Part shown: positions 47,484-61,504 of the stretch, one piece after another
Layout of the letters: each line of letters begins with the position of its first letter
How positions within the stretch are numbered: the first letter of the stretch is position 1
Assembly (NCBI GenBank): GCA_038087875.1
Contig: CM075991.1
Coordinates: 11,286,001-11,350,000, forward strand
DNA length: 64,000 bases
DNA from: Malacoraja senta
Taxonomy: Eukaryota
Direction: 5' to 3'
Made by a program: the position numbers and the translations under genes
Notes under the pieces: model-generated
The model's database searches: none
Told to the model about the DNA's origin: nothing
The model's input: the letters and a program-made list of their open reading frames with translations, nothing else

Positions 47484-50056
47484 CTTCAGCAGGTTGCGAG
47501 CCTTTGCAACTCTCTTTCTCAAATGGCAGTGGAAGCGGAGTCTTTATATATATTTAAGTTCATGTTCATAAGTGATGGGAGCAGAATGAGGCCATTCAAC
47601 CCATCGAGTCTACTCCACCATTCAATCATGGCTGATCTATCTTTCCCTCTCAACCCCATTCTCGTGACTTCTCCCCATAACCCCTGACACCCGTACTAAT
47701 CCACGTCAAACTAATCACATTTCCCTGCACGTGATCCATATCCCTCCATTCCTTCATGTGATAGACAATAGACAATAGGTGCAGGAGTAGGCCATTCGGC
47801 CCTTCGAGCCAGCACTGCCATTCAATGTGATCATGGCTGATCATCCCCAACCCGTTCCTGCCTTCTTCCCATATCCCCTTGAAGTACATGAAGGTAGAAT
47901 ATATATGATATGTATATGTAAAGGTATATGGGAGCGTATATGATGTGAAGATAGCAGGATGAGGACGGCCATTGAAACTTACCGAATAGCGAAAAGCCTG
48001 GACAGAGTGGATGTGGAGAGGATGTTTCCACTAGTGGGAGAGTCTAGGACCAGGGGCCACAGCCTCAGAATAAACTAATATACCTTTAGAAAGGAGATAA
48101 GGAGAAATGTTTTTAGCCAGAGGGTGGTGAATCTGTGGAATTCATTGCCACAGCCGGCTGTGGAGGCCAAGTCTTTGGACATTTTTAAGGTGCAGATTGA
48201 CAGATTCCTGTTTAGTCTGGGGTTATGGGGAGAAGGCGGGAGAATGGGGTTAGGAGGGAGAGATGGATCAGCCATTATTGAATGGCGGGGTGGACTTGAT
48301 GGGCCGAATGGCCTAATTGTGCTCCTATCACTTACGAACGTATTTGTTGAAAATCCATGTGCCTACCTAAAACCCTATTAAAAACACCTACGGCATCTGC
48401 CTCCACCGCCACCACCCCTGACAGTGTGTTCCAGGCATCCACAATCCTCTTACGGGACAGTCAGAAACTCAATGAGCAAGGAGAAACACAAAGAGGTCAC
48501 AAGCAAAATGAGCCAGGAATATGAAAGGTTGGGATGAACTCGTCAAATTCAGTGGCCGGCTCCTGCGTCTGGTGTTTGGGAAGGAACTGGTGAGATGATG
48601 GTTTAAACCGAAGATAGACACAAAAAGCTGGAGTAACTCAGCGGGACAGGCGGCATCTCTGGAGAGAAGGAATGGGTGACGTTTCAGGTCGGGACCCTTC
48701 TTCAGACTGTCTGAATGAGGAAAAACTGTTTCACCCAGAGAGTTATGAATCTGTGGAATTCTCTGCCACGGAAGGCAGTGGAGGCCGATTCACTGGATGT
48801 TTTCAAGAGAGAGTTGGATATAGCTCTCAGGGATAATGAAATCAAGGGATATGGGGAAAAAGCAGGAACGGGGTACTGATTCTGGATGATCAGCCATGAT
48901 AATATTTAATGGAGAAACTCAGCGGGTACGGCAGCATCTATGGAGCGAAGGAAATAGGCAACGTTTCGGGCCGAAACCCTTCTTCAGACGTCTGAAGGGC
49001 CGAATGGCCTACTTCTGCTCCTATTTTCTATGTTTCTCTTTGTTTCTAACTGATTCCTACCTTCATATATGCCGTATGAAATGTGTTACATAAATGCAAT
49101 TTGTTATTGCTTCTGGGGACGAAGATTATATGTCATCAGATCTTATCTCCTTTCATTGTGATGATGCCGTGATACCTGCGCTCAATAGCAATAACTCTAC
49201 AGATACAATGGATTCCGGGCTCAGACTGAACATTGGTAATGCTAGCTTTTCATAATGCAAGCTGACAATAATTAAATCAATCGCTGGTTTATTGAGGCTA
49301 ATATCCTGAACCAGCAGATGGGAAAATGTTCTAATGTCATTTCCTTGACGCTCAGTAATCACTCTCTGTGCAAATCTATAGACAGAGGCTCAGATGGATG
49401 GGCTTTGAGTTAACTTTGAGTAATGGATTGGAGAACAACATTCCTGCCCTGATCAGCCAATTTCAGGACGTGTCAGCTTTCAGAAGGAGTTAGTTGCTCA
49501 ATATTGTCATTCGGAGACAAGAAGGAGAGGTTTGGAGACCGATTTAATATACTTTAAGTATCCATCAGACCCATAATCCTTCCTCGTGTAAAACTGACCA
49601 AGACCACAGTCATAATCTTATCTTAGATCGTCACAGAAAGCTGGAGTAACTCAGGGGGTCAGACAGCATCTCTGGAGAAAAGGAATAGATGATGTTTCAG
49701 GTCAAAAACCTTCTCATAATCTTATCTCCTATCTTTTCTCAGACTAAAGTTCGCTGCTGATGGCAATAACAACAGAATACTCAAGGCACTATCCCCCTAA
49801 CTTCTATGCTCTATTTTCCCCACATGCCTGTGGCATATATTTGTTTGTTTAATGAGTCGGGAGTGATTCATTGTCATGAGCACCGGGATTAGAGCAATGA
49901 TGTTCTAACTTGTCTTGATGGAGTTTGTACGTTCTCCCCGTGACCTGTGTGGGTTTCCTCCGGGTGCTCCGGTTTCCTCCCACACTCCAAAGACGGACAG
50001 GTTTGTAGGCTAATTGGCTCAGTACACCTGTACATTGCCCCTGTAGTATAGTGTTA

Positions 50057-50445
50057 AGGCCTGTCCCACTTAGGAGACCCAAACAGCAACCTCTGGTGAC
50101 CTTGCCCGCCACCCAAAGTTTCCATGAGGTCACCGGAGGTTTTGGTCACTCTCCCTAATGGTCGAAAGTGGTTTCCGCGTGGTCGAGACTTCATCTAGGT
50201 TTCTGCTATTTTTTCATCGTGATTAAAACCGGCCTCGACTAAAAATAGGTTGCCGTTTTAAAAATCGATCATTTTTTAGTCGCAGGTCTAGTCAAAGCCG
50301 GTTATCTTCATAGTCGAGGAAGGTTTTCAACATATGCGTGGGAGGTGGTAGGAGGTTGCAGGTCACCTCGACCGTGATTTTTTTTTGGGTGGCAGGCAGG
50401 GTGACCAGAAGTTGCTGTTTAGGTCTCCTAAGTGGGACAGGGGCT
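50057..50445. mobile_element. PIF/Harbinger MITE inside an HE1-like SINE
   Basis: TTA TSD at 50054-50056 and 50446-50448; reverse copy of 32904-33293. Confidence 0.9.
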
Positions 50446-51180
50446 TTAGTGTGTGGAGATCGCTGGTCGGCAAGGACACGAAGAGCCTGTTTCCGCGCTG
50501 TATCTCCAAACTAATCAATGAAAACTGAACTAACAGAAGCACCAGTCTCGATCCTGAATATATCCCAGTATATTTAATAACTCCCACATCCAACCCTCAT
50601 TCCTCAGCCCCACAATAACTCAATTCAGTCCAAGACCACTCCTCCCTATCCCAACAATGTCTCACCCCTTCCAATTCCCATTCCACTCTTTTCCCTTATC
50701 CAAGAGTTAAGTGTCAAGAGTGTTTGATTTCCATGTGTACTATCTGGGGAACCATGAAATCCTTTCTTGCTGTAGCTTTACAGGCCCATTCATGCAACAA
50801 CACCCAGATAAATATATATGTGTAGGAAGGAACTGCTGGTTTATACTGAAGATAGACACAAAATGCTGGAGTAACTCAGCGGGACAGGCAGCATCTCTGG
50901 ATAAAAGGAATGGGTGACGTTTTGGGTCGAGACCCTTCTTCAGACTGAGAGTCAGGGGAGAGGGGGACATAGAGATATCATAATCATAATCGTAATTTAT
51001 TCGCCAAGTGTGTCTTGCAACATACGAGGAATTTGGTTTGTCATACAGTCAACAAGACACACAACTACATAGAAATTTGACATAAACATCCACCACAGCG
51101 GCTCCTCCACATTCCCCACTGTGATGGAAGGTAATAAAATCTTATCTTCTTTCCTCCTTTCCTCCCGCAGTCAAGGGAGT

Positions 51181-51650
51181 CAATAGACAAGAGACAATAG
51201 GTGCAGGAGTAGGCCATTCGGCCCTTCGAGCCAGCACCGCCATTCAATGTGATCATGGCTAATCATCCCCAATCAGTACCCCGTTCCTGCCTTCTCCCCA
51301 TATCCCCTGACTCCGCTATTTTTAAGAGCCCTATCTAGCTCTCTCTTGAAAGCACCCAGAGAACCTGCCTCCACAGACTCACAGACTGAGGCAGAGAATT
51401 CCACAGACTCACCACTCTCTGTGAGAAAAAATGTTTCCTCGTCTCCGTTCTAAATGGCTTACCCCTTATTCTTAAACTGTGGCCCCTGGTTCTGGACTCC
51501 CCCAACATCGGGAACATGTTTCCTGCCTCTAGCCTGTCCAAGCAATCTTATATGTTTGAATGAGATACCCTCTCATCCTTCTAAGTGTACAAGCCCAGCT
51601 GCTCCATTCTCTCAGCATATGACAGTCCCGCCATCCCGGGAATTAACCTT
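51181..51650 (-). mobile_element. CR1 3' fragment nested in an unclassified retroposon (about 50990-52150)
   Basis: MFPMLGESRTRGHSLRIRGKPFRTE with a (tctattg)n tail. Confidence 0.85.
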
Positions 51651-52799
51651 GTAGTCGAACCATCCGCAGTCAGGGCAATCGAGCTCCCATGTCGGGGCGG
51701 TCTAATCTCCCGCATCTGTGCGGTCGAAACTCCTGCGGGTTGGAGTTCCCGAAGTTGGTCCCTAACCAGGGAACCCCGAGCTTCACCATGTTAAAGCCCG
51801 CAGTTCCCGCAGGTTGGAGCACCAAAGGCCGACCTTTGGCGAAGGGATCGCCAGCTCCGACATGTTAAAGTCCTCAGGCTCTGCGGTTTTGGAGCTCTAC
51901 AAGTCCCAACAAGAGGCCGCCAACTCCACAATGTTAGGCCGCAGTGCAGACGGAGATACGACACGGGGAAAAAGTCACCCCTCCGTCGAGGAAAGAGGGA
52001 AGAAAAGTTCCCCGCCCCCACTACCCCCCACAAATACAAAACTAAAGATAAACTAAAACATACATTTTACAACAAACCTAAAAACACAAAGAAAGAAAAA
52101 GACGAAGGCAGACTGTTGGCGAGGCAGCCATCGTGCGGCGCCCCCTGGTGGAGAGGCGTGGAGAGGTTAGGTGTGAAAACGAGAGATCAAAGGGGGCAAT
52201 GATCAAGGAAAATGTAGAACGGGTCGTTGTTAGATGAGGGGAAGGTGACAACGAGGCATACAAACAGTGAAATGTAGGGCAGGAAGGGCAGTGAAACTAG
52301 TTGGAGAACTAGGATGGGTGGGGGATGGAGAGAGAGGGAAAGCAAGAGTTACTTGGAGTTAGAGAGGTCAATATTCATACCTCTTCATACCTCAGAATTA
52401 AAGAACATTCCTTCAGGAAGGAGACAAGGAGGAATGTATTTATCAGGCGGTGGTGAATCTGTGGAATTCATTGCCACAGAAGGTTGTGGAGGGCTAGTCA
52501 GTGGATATTTTATAAGGCGGAGGTAGATAGATTCTTGATTGGTACGGGTGTCAGGGGTTATGGGGAGAAGGCAGGAGAATGGGGTTAGGAGGGAGAGATA
52601 GATCAGCCATGATTGAATGGTGGAGCAGACTTGATGGGCCGAATGGCCTCATTCTTTTCCTATCACCCAACCTTACGCACATGTGTCAAGACCGTTAAAT
52701 GTCTGAAGAAGGGTTTCGGCCCGAAACGTTGCCTATTTCCTTCGCTCCATAGATGCTGCTGCACCCGCTGAGTTTCTCCAGCACTTTTGTCTACCATTA

Positions 52800-52990
52800 A
52801 AGGCAGGCATGCAAGCCCCTTTCTTTGTCTTTGCCCCTTTTCTGGGGTTCCGTCCATGCCCGGGTGGTGTTAGAGAAGGACTCTGCGCTGTCCGCGGGCG
52901 CCCTGGGGGATTTCCGGGACCGCCGGGGGTGGAATGCACCCTGGACAAGGATTGTAACACAGTTGTATAGCAGTTTATTTGGTATACTCA
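52800..52990 (+). mobile_element. Tx1-type ORF2 C-terminal remnant
   Basis: LPLFWGSVHARVVLEKDSALSAGALGDFRDR; a probable 3' UTR and A-tail resume near 54025-54135. Confidence 0.55.
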
Positions 52991-53001
52991 AGAGAGAGCA
53001 C

Positions 53002-53724
53002 CCTGGGTGTCATGGTACACCAGTCATTGAAAGTAGGCATGCAGGTGCAGCAGGCGGTGAAGAAAGCGAATGGTATGTTGGCCTTCATAGCAAGAGGATT
53101 TGAGTATAGGAGCAGGGAGGTTCTACTGCAGTTGTACAGGGTCTTGGTGAGACCACACCTGGAGTATTGCGTACAGTTTTGGTCTCCAAATCTGAGGAAG
53201 GACATTATAGCCATAGAGGGAGTACAGAGAAGGTTCACCAGACTGATTCCTGGGATGTCAGGACTTTCATATGAAGAAAGACTGGATAGACTTGGCTTAT
53301 ACTCGCTAGAATTTAGGAGATTGAGAGGGGATCTTATAGAAACGTACAAAATTCTTATGGGGTTGGACAGGCTAGATGCAGGAAGATTGTTCCCGATGTT
53401 GGGGAAGTCCAGGACAAGGGGTCACAGCTTAAGGATAAGGGGGAAATCCTTTAGGACCGAGATGAGGAAAAACTTTTTCACACAGAGAGTGGTGAATCTC
53501 TGGAACTCTCTGCCACAGAGGGTAGTTGAGGCCAGTTCATTGGCTATATTTAAGAGGGAGTTAGATGTGGCCCTTGTGGCTAAGGGGATCAGGGGGTAGG
53601 GAGAGAAGGCAGGTACGGGATACTGAGTTGGATGATCAGCCATGATCATATTGAATGGCGGTGCAGGCTCGAAGGGCCGAATGGCCTACTCCTGCACCTA
53701 TTTTCTATGTATCTATGTATCTAT
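53002..53724 (+). mobile_element. Young CR1 3' part
   Basis: Nearly identical to 5307-5906 and very similar to the 3' part of 23999-26716. Confidence 0.92.
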
Positions 53725-53808
53725 AGGGCTCTTAACAAGAGCATAGTCAGGGGATATGGGGAGAAGGCAGGAACGGGGTACTGATTGGGGATGATCAGCC
53801 ATAATTAT

Positions 53809-53947
53809 GGGGTGGGAGATTGCAACCTTCACGTGGTCCGCTCTGTTTCGACGAATGCAATCAACCCGGCGTGCACAATCAAGTAAGATCAAATAGAACA
53901 AGTTGTCCAACAACTTTAGGCTGTGGACGCCACACGCAAGAAGAAGA
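53809..53947 (+). mobile_element. HDV-ribozyme-headed short retroposon (ribozyme 53809-53862)
   Basis: ggggtgg-ga-gattgca-acc-ttcacgt-ggt-ccgctct-g-tttcga-cgaa-tgcaatc; (aag)n tail; imperfect 12-bp TSD within a CR1 tail. Confidence 0.88.
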
Positions 53948-55479
53948 AGCCATGATCACATTGAATGGCGGTGCTGGCTTGAAGGGCCAAATGGCCTGCT
54001 CCTGCACCTATTGTCTATTGTCTATATTTGTTTGTCTTGTATTATGGTGGTGGGTTCTGTTTTGTTTCATTGTATTGTAAATATTATTTTAAAATAATTT
54101 AATACATTTTTTGAATAATTTTAAAAAAATAAAAAAATGATTGGTTTATTGTCACCAGCAAGTGTAACAAAGACAGGTGTCTCCTTCCACTGCAGAGCGG
54201 TGTGGATTAGTCGAGGAGGTGTCACAATTGCTCGCAGAATTCATCACTCATCCTGCCGCAGATACCAGTGACTATGGGAGACAGAGAATATCATTTTGGG
54301 ATATTATCGTGTCAAAGATAAATGATATTGTTGGGAGTTTGGAATGATGGAGTGAGACGCTGTATCTCTGAACACAGAGGCGACACGCACGGAATATCTG
54401 CGGATAAATGAGCAAACGGTCTTAAAAGCCGGCTTTGGTGAACATCAAGAGTGTAACAAATACATTCATTGTTTGCACATCACAAAGGCATGGCAAGATC
54501 TGTAAAACATTTTCGAGTGATTTTCCTGAGGCTTCCACCACAATAGCAGTTAAAATTCATCAGATTCAGTTCAAAGCCCTTTAGCAGTCTAATGAGAATC
54601 ACACGATATAGACAATATGATAAACATCTGCACTTGGAGATATGCTCTTGCTCCACTCCTCCCTCCGTCAGTCCATCAGTTATCCGCCTGGTCGATGTGC
54701 GACACTATATATCAAAGCTTTCCTCTGCCTGGGTTGTGTTCCCGTCACAGGCTTGTGTTAACGAGAGTCAGACAGGGAGAAGGGTCTGGACCTGAAACGT
54801 CACCCATCCCTTCTCTCCAGACATGCTGCCTGTCCCGCTGAGTTACTCCAGCTTTTTCAAGTCAAGTCAAGATAGTTTATTGTCGTGTGTCCCAGATAGG
54901 ACAATGAAATTCTTGCTTTCTGCAGCACGACAGAGTATTGTAAGCAAAAATACAGAACAGTTCAGTTTTGTGTCTCTCTAGGGAGTGCGTAAAGGTGGGT
55001 TCATAAGGTCATAAGTGATAGGAGCAGAATTAGACCATTCGGCCCATCAAGTCTACTCCGCCATTCAATCATGGCTGATCTAGCCTTACCTTTCTCCTGC
55101 CTTCTCCCCATAACCCCTGACCCACGCACTAATCAAGAATCTATCTATCTCTGCCTTAAACATGTCCAAATGGCCTCCACGGCCTTGTGTGGCAATGAAT
55201 GTCACGAGGTGAGAAGGCATCAGATGGCGTGTTAGCAAGAGCTGCCGACCTGGGTGAATGTTCTCAGAAGTGTTCCTGTCTGCATTAAGAGGGAATGACT
55301 GAGCCCAACGACTACCTCCCTCCACTCCCTCTTCACTCTCAATCCTGATGCCAGATCTTGACCCAAAACGTCGACTACTCCCCCCCTTCACCCCCCCCCC
55401 CCCCAATGCTACTTGACCTGCTGAGTTCCTCCAGCAATTCTTTTTTTTTTTAATCCATTGGGTGGATTAATCCCCAGGG

Positions 55480-56030
55480 CCTGATGGAGTCCATCCCTGG
55501 ATGCAATGGAGGAGATTGCCGGGGTACCAACAGAGATGATTGTGTCTTTTTTAGCCACGGCTGAGGTTCCAGAGGTCTGGCGGAGGGCTAATGTTGTCCA
55601 CTTGTTGAGAAGGGGCAATGGGGATAGGTCTGAAGACCACAGGCCGCTGAGTCAGTCGATGGAGAAGATGGTGAGGGATGGGATTTCCGTTCTCTTGGAA
55701 AGGCAGGGAATGATTAGGAGTTGGCAAGAGAATTGGCCAGTGATTTGTGCCGAGCAAATCATCTCTCGTGAACCTGAGCCTTTGGTGAAGGTAGCTAAGA
55801 TGGCAGATGAGGGTTGAGAGGAAGAGAGATCCAATGGTTTCTATGGACTTTAGGAAGGCTTTTGACTTGGTGCCATGTGGAGCGGAAGGTCAAGGCATGG
55901 GACACAGGTTGAAACACTGCATCTAAATGTGCTGGGCGATAGGAGGCGGTAGGGGGGGGGGGGTCGTAGTGAATGGAGTCTGTGACAAGCGGTGTGTCAC
56001 TGAGATCAGCAATGGATCCTTGCTGTTTAT
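55480..56030 (+). mobile_element. Old degenerate CR1 RT fragment
   Basis: PGPDG.HP, VPEVWRRANVV and KAFDLVP remnants. Confidence 0.7.
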
Positions 56031-56119
56031 AATATTTCTAAATTAGTCTTGGTTTCAAGACAGTCAAGATCAAGAGTGTTTTATTGTCATGTGGCCCAGA
56101 TAGAACAATGAAATTCTTA

Positions 56120-56269
56120 AGGGCCTGTCCCACTTGGGCGTCATTTGTGCGTAACGCAGATGGCGCGCAAAGATTTTGTACATCTACACGACCGCGCATC
56201 ACTGCCTACGTCACCACGCACCATGCGCGCATCGTGATGCGTAAATGACGCCCAAGTGGGACAGGCCCT
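56120..56269. mobile_element. PIF/Harbinger MITE (related to 14210-14442)
   Basis: TIR agggcctgtcccacttgggcgtcattt; TTA TSD. Confidence 0.9.
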
Positions 56270-56819
56270 TTACTTGCTGCAGCACAACAGAATATGTAAA
56301 GATAGTATGATATGATAAAGGAGAGAGAGATTGTACAGATTAGTGCGGGTGTCCGAGGTTAAGGGGAGAAGGCAGGAGAATGGGGTTAGGAGGGAGAGAT
56401 AGACCAGCCATGATTGAATGGCGGAATAGACTTGATGGGCCGAATGGCCTCATTCTACTCCTATCACTTGTGACCTTATGACCGAAATGAAGTCCCACAC
56501 CGCCAGGTTCAGGGACAGCTACTCTACCACAATCCATAATGCAACCCATATCCCACCTCACCTACGGACCCAACTCCACCGCCAGGAGTTACGTGTCCTG
56601 TATAATTGATTATAGTTTGTGTGTCGGAGTCTGCGTGCCCGTGTTATTGCCAGCATGTTATTAGCATCTTACCCCGGGCTCATGGACTGCCACTGTAAAC
56701 AACACACTCAGTAGCCGGGCTAGCGTTGCATGGGGACATGCTGACCCCTGGTGGGAAGCACCAGCATTTTCCGGCATAACTCGAGTAGAAGGCTGATGAA
56801 GTCCATCCAGCACGTCTCC

Positions 56820-57728
56820 CGACAACTTTCGCCGACTTCTACAGAAAGCATTTTATCGGGATGCGTCGCAGCTCGGCTTGGGAACAGCTTCCGTCCAAGA
56901 CCGCAAGAAATCGCAGCGGATTGTGGACGCAGCCCAGACCCATCGCGCAAACCAACCTCCCGATGTTGGGGAAGTCCAGGACAAGGGGTCACAGTTTAAG
57001 GATTAAGGGGGAAATCCTTTAGGACCGAGATGAGAAAAACATTTTTCACACAGAGAGTGGTGAATCTCTGGAACTCTCTGCCACAGAGGGTAGTTGAGGC
57101 CAGTTCATTGGCTATATTTAAGAGGGAGTTAGATGTGGCCCTTGTGGCTAAAGGGATCAGGGGGTATGGAGAGAAGGCAGGTACGGGATACTGAGTTGGA
57201 TGATCAGCCATGATCATATTGAATGGCGGTGCAGGCTCGAAGGGCCGAATGGCCTACTCCCGCACCTATTTTCTATGTTTCTATGTTTCTATCTTTCCCC
57301 TTCCATTGACTCCATCTACACCTCACGCTGCCTCGGCACGGCCAGCAGCATCATCAAGGACCAGTCGCACCCCGGCCACTTCCTCTTCTCCCCTCTCCCA
57401 TCGGGCAAAACGTACAGAAGTGTGACAACGCACACACCTCCAGATTCAGGGACAGTTTCTTCCCAGCTGTTATCAGGCAACTGAACCATCCTACCACAAC
57501 CAGAGAGCGGTCCTGAACTACTATCTACCTCACTGGTGACCCTCGGACTATCCCTGATCAGACTTTGCTGGCTTTACCTTGCACTAAACATTATTCCCTT
57601 GTCATGTATCTGTACACTGTAAATGGATCGATTGTAATCATGTATTGTCTTTCCGCTGACTGGATAGCACGCAACAGAAGCTTTTCACTGTACCTCGGTA
57701 CACGTGACAATAAACTAAACTGAACTAA
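56820..57728 (+). mobile_element. Rex-Babar 3' part interrupted by CR1 (about 56960-57292)
   Basis: ESILSGCVAA... then CR1, then PSIDSIYTSRCLG... and the Rex-Babar UTR. Confidence 0.85.
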
Positions 57729-58319
57729 AACTGGAACTCTGCACTGGGGCAGGGGAATCTGGGTGTGCGGAACATTAGAGGCACCGTCAGTTACAGATAT
57801 CCATGGGTGATCTAACCTCTGCTTCAATGAAACCCTCCAAGCAGTCATTTCCTCTTTGGTCCGACCACCAATTTGAGTCCATTGTCACTTTGAGAACTGC
57901 ACTGGCATGAGCAGAGGTTGGTTAACCAGGAACCTAAACTTAGACCAGAGTGAGTACGAACCACAAGCAGATATCTGATTGTTCTTTCACTGTCAGTGCC
58001 ACAGCTTCCTGCTTCTCGTTTTGCTGCCCATTTTGGACAAGGCAACCTGAACGATGAGCGCACTGCTTAAGGGTGAGAGGTCATGGCTGAGTCATTTCAG
58101 CGTGAAGTGAATTACCCGCCCCTTTCAGCTCTTCCCTCCCCTGGCGCACGCCGACTGCCACCTGTACACTGTGGACGGCTCGATGATTATCATGTATAGT
58201 CCTTCCGCTGACTGGATAGCACGCAACAGAAAAGATTGTCACTGTACCTCGATATACACGTGACAGTAAGATCTGCTCACCAGCACCTTGGCCTCAACGG
58301 TGAACATCGGGCCCGTGTT

Positions 58320-58745
58320 AGAAACATAGAAACATAGAAAATAGGCGCAGTAGGAGGCTATTCGGCCCTTCGAGCCAGCACCGCCATTCATTGTGATCAT
58401 GGCTGATCGTCCCCAATCAATAACCCGTGCCTGCCTTCTCCCCGTATCCCTTGACTCCACTAGTCTCTAGAGCTCTATCTAACTCTCTCTTAAATCCATC
58501 CAGTGACTTGGCCTCCACTGCCCTCTGTGGCAGGGAATTCCACAAATTCACAACTCTCTGGGTGAAAACGTTTTTTCTCACCTCAGTCTTAAATGACCTC
58601 CCCTTTATTCTAAGACTGTGGCCCCTGGTTCTGGACTTGCCCAACATTGGGAACATTTTTCCTGCATCTAGCTTGTCCAGTCCTTTTATAATTTTATATG
58701 TTTCTATAAGATACCCTCTCATCCTTCTAAACTCCAGTGAATGTA
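58320..58745 (-). mobile_element. CR1 3' fragment
   Basis: LIETYKIIKGLDKLDAGKMFPML...FKRELD. Confidence 0.9.
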
Positions 58746-58939
58746 CACTGAAGTGTCAAATCCTTACCGTGCTCTCGCCTCTCTCTCTCTCACTGTGTCT
58801 CCAAACCTCCCGCGCTTCACATGGCCAACCGTTCCTCCACTTGCACAGGGACCCAGAGCTCTGGAACCTCTTCCCTGAACATCTTCATCTCTCCAAAACA
58901 CTCATTCTCCACCTCCCCAATCTCCCTGAAATCTCACCA

Positions 58940-59402
58940 TTTGTGGACGCAGCCCAGACCACCACGCAAACCAACAGCCCTTCCATTGACTCCATCTACA
59001 CTTCACGCTGCCTCGGCAAAGTCCAGCAGCATCATCAAGGACGAGTCGCACCCCGGCCACTCCCTCTTCTCCCCTCTCCCATCGGGAAGAAGGTACAGAA
59101 GTGTGAAAACGCACACCTCCAGATTCAGGGACAGTTTCTTCCCGGCTGTTATCAGGCAACTGAACCATCCTACCACAACCAGAGAGCGGTCCTGAACTAC
59201 TATCTACCTCATTGGTGACCCTCGGACTATCCTTGATCGGACTTTGCTGGCTTTACCTTGCACTAAACGTTATTCCCTTATCATGTATCTGTACACTGTA
59301 AATGACTCGATTGTAATCATGTATTGTCTTTCCGCTGACTGGATGGCACGCAACAAAAGCTTCTCACTGTACCTCGATACAGGTGACAATAAACTCAACT
59401 CA
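58940..59402 (+). mobile_element. Rex-Babar 3' end
   Basis: IIKDESHPGHSLFSPLPSGRRYRSVKTHTSRFRDSFFPAVIRQLN. Confidence 0.88.
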
Positions 59403-59492
59403 ACTTTTGTCATGGACCTACGTTTTATGTGCAGAAATTGTTGTTGTTCCTTTCTTCTGCACCCTGGCTCAGTCTAAATCTGAAGGCAGGTT

Positions 59493-59781
59493 TAGCTTAG
59501 CTTAGAGATACAGCGCAGAAACAGGCCCTTCGGCCCACCGAGTCCGTGCCGACCAGCGATCCCCGCACATTAACACTATCCTTCACTAGGGACAAATTAC
59601 ATTTACACCAAGACAATGAACCTACAAACCTGCACGTCTTTGGAGTGTGGGAGGAAACCGGAGCTCCCGGAGAAAACCCACGCAGGTCACGGGGAGAACG
59701 TACAAACTCCGTACAGACAGCACCCGTAGTAGGGATCGAACGTGGGTTTCTGTCGCTGTAAAGCAGCAACTATACCGCTGC
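59493..59781 (-). mobile_element. HE1-like SINE
   Basis: Head, V-domain and tail on the minus strand. Confidence 0.85.
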
Positions 59782-59785
59782 ATGC

Positions 59786-60392
<607 letters not shown>

Positions 60393-60442
60393 GACCCATT
60401 GCATTTTATGAAGAGAATGAGAAGGCCAAAATACAGTGCGAT

Positions 60443-60448
60443 TTTATT
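60443..60448 (-). promoter_or_regulatory. Candidate polyadenylation signal (AATAAA) for the DOK2 transcript
   Basis: tttatt on the plus strand, about 1.06 kb downstream of the stop codon, in unique sequence just before the (CA)n tract. Confidence 0.45.
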
Positions 60449-60621
60449 GCGAACCAGATCTATAAAAGGCAATGAACCTGAAGCATTGGAGCCAGCTGGG
60501 TTGCCAAGGAAGGTACGAGCTGCAGAAGTCAGAAGTCTAGTCACCCTCTCCCCCATACCCGCCCTCCCGTCCCCATTCCTGGCCAAGGGCCGTTGGACCT
60601 CAGAGACAGTCTCCGCAGTTG

Positions 60622-61371
60622 AGAGACACAAAACGCTGGAGTAACTCAGCGGGACTGGCGGCATCTCTGGGAAGATGGAATGGGTAACGTTTCGGGTCGA
60701 GACCCCTCCTCAGGCTGGGAAACGAGAGATAGAGGCGATGATGTAGAGAGATAAAGAACAATGAATGAAAGATATGCAAAAAGGTAACGATGAAATAAAA
60801 CGAGAAGCCAGTGCGACTTGGGTGGGGGAGGGATAGAGACAGAGGGAATGCCGGAGCTACCTGAGGTTAGAGAAATCAAAATTTCTACCACTGGGCTGCA
60901 AGCTGCCCAAGAGAAATATGAGATGCTGTTCCTCCAATTCCCATTATCACCCATTCCTTCTCTCCAGAGATGCTGCCTGTCCCGCTGAGTTACTACAGCT
61001 TTTTGTGTCTATCTTCGGTTTAAACCAGCATCTGCAGTTCCTTTCTACACGTCTCTCTGCAGCCAGAACCAGGGGCCACAGTTTAAGAATAAGGAGTAAG
61101 CCATTTAGAACGGAGACGAGGAAACACTTTTTCTCACAGAGAGTGGTGAGTCTGTGGAATTCTCTGCCTCAGAGGGCGGTGGAGGCAGGTTCTCTGGATG
61201 CTTTCAAGAGAGAGCTAGATAGGGCTCTTAAAAATAGCGGAGTCAGGGGATATGGGGAGAAGGCAGGAACAGGGTACTGATTGGGGACGATCAGCCATGA
61301 TCACATTGAATGGCGGTGCTGGCTCAAAGGGCCGAATGGCCTACTCCTGCACCTATTGTCTATTGTCTATT
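60622..61371. mobile_element. Composite insertion (inverted Penelope pair plus CR1 3' end) in the predicted DOK2 3' UTR
   Basis: gtctccgcagttg duplicated at 60609-60621 and 61372-61384. Confidence 0.75.
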
Positions 61372-61504
61372 GTCTCCGCAGTTGGAGAAATGCCACCGCC
61401 CTTCAACCCAGCCCAGGGTCCAGGCAGCAAGATCTGGGAGGTCCACCAGACTTGCAGGTGGGTTTACATTGGCCGGGCCAGGCCTGGGGTCATGGTCTTG
61501 GCAT

